Positions 35,072 through 35,994 of a DNA stretch of 35,994 nucleotides are shown piece by piece. The notes under the pieces were generated by a model. It worked only from the letters and a program-made list of their open reading frames with translations. It searched no databases and had not been told where the DNA came from. The stretch's first letter is position 1. The number at the start of each line of letters is the position of its first letter. Location: the NCBI GenBank assembly GCA_023645945.1, contig JALAIB010000070.1:1-35994 (forward strand), written 5' to 3'. A program made the position numbers and the translations under genes. Source of the stretch: Diploschistes diacapsis (taxonomy: Eukaryota).

Positions 35072-35994
35072 ATGGACTTTTCTGATAAAGCTCACCTTTA
35101 TGGGTTTGTGGATATAGGCAGGTTGCTTTAGCTCCTTTCTAATTAAAATCACATTTGACATATGGTTGCAGCAACGGCATTAGGTTCTCGATTTCAGACT
35201 TGACTCCCTCTACGGCGCGCATATTGCCCACTGTCTATCAAGACCGATGCGGAGTATCCCTTTACGATACCCAATACCAGTCCGGCACGAAAGCGCCAAT
35301 TCCGGAACCAGCCATCCAAGATGTCATCCGCGCCCTCTCCCGCTTCAAGTCAGTATGCGTCGACTTTGAAGTCCCGGAGTCGAACATCCGGGTTGTCGCC
35401 ACAGAAGCCACCCGCGAGGCAATAAACAGTTCCGTGTTCCGTCAGCGCATCTCGGACGCAACGGGATGGATCGTCGAAATACTTGGCAAGGAAGACGAGG
35501 GCCGGATCGGCGCCCTGGGCATCGCGAGCAGCTTCTCCTCCCTCGAAGGTCTTGTCCTTGATCTAGGCGGCGGCAGCGTGCAAATCACCTGGATCATCTC
35601 GCGCAACGGCCGCATCGAAACGTGCCCTCGAGGCTCCGTCAGTCTGCCCTACGGCGCTGCAGCGCTGATGGTGCGTCTGAAAGACATCAAAGCCAAGGGC
35701 GGCCAAGACGGCGAAGCGCAGCTCGGCGAGGACATAACGCGGGACCTCAAGCAAGCTCTCTCCTCTCTCGCCGTCCCTGAAGCCCTCCTCACGAAAGCCA
35801 AAGCCGAAGGCGGACTAAACCTCTACCTCTCCGGCGGCGGCTTCCGAGGATGGGGCTACCTCCTGATGTCGCAGCACCCCATACAGCCGTACCCGATCCC
35901 CATCATAAACGGATTCTCCATCCCCGCTTCCTCGCTCCATCCTTCCTCGGTCCTCTCCGCCTACAATTCCACCCAAAACCCATCCTCCTCCTCC
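35072..35994 (+). CDS. RTG2: Retrograde regulation protein 2-like (Ppx/GppA phosphatase family), 3'-truncated by the window edge; exons 35072-35121 and 35172->35994
   Basis: Spliced LYGFVDIGS|NGIRFSISDL...ARILPTVYQDR...VATEATREAINS...KEDEGRIGALG...DLGGGSVQITW...SLPYGAAAL...YLSGGGFRGWG. Missed by the ORF track because there is no stop codon in the window. Confidence 0.92.

Overview
Eukaryotic genomic DNA from a filamentous ascomycete (Pezizomycotina). Genes carry short GT-AG introns with CTRAY branch points; finer taxonomy cannot be fixed from the sequence. The window is mostly housekeeping genes, in order: the 3' end of a pyroglutamyl-peptidase I gene, a conserved 648-aa hypothetical protein, BUB1, a 230-aa hypothetical protein, a flotillin/SPFH protein, an ACS-type MFS transporter, proteasome beta5 (PRE2), NPC1-like NCR1, a Saf4/Yju2 (CWC16-family) splicing factor, an orphan protein, RAD4/XPC and the 5' part of RTG2. 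Two accessory patches stand out. (1) The divergent PRE2-NCR1 intergenic region holds a 244-bp MITE with perfect 43-bp TIRs and a TA target duplication, beside an older AT-rich element built from TATTCGAATA palindromes. (2) A ~3.7-kb island between NCR1 and saf4 holds decayed genes: an NmrA-like pseudogene, a secreted ricin-B-like pseudogene and a possible third relic. I found no convincing novel multi-gene system. The best leads are the promoter-embedded MITEs, the pseudogene island, microsatellite-derived inserts in the Bub1 kinase domain and a recurring C-rich to G-rich skew switch. Exon boundaries were deduced by eye and family calls rest on recalled motifs, not database searches.
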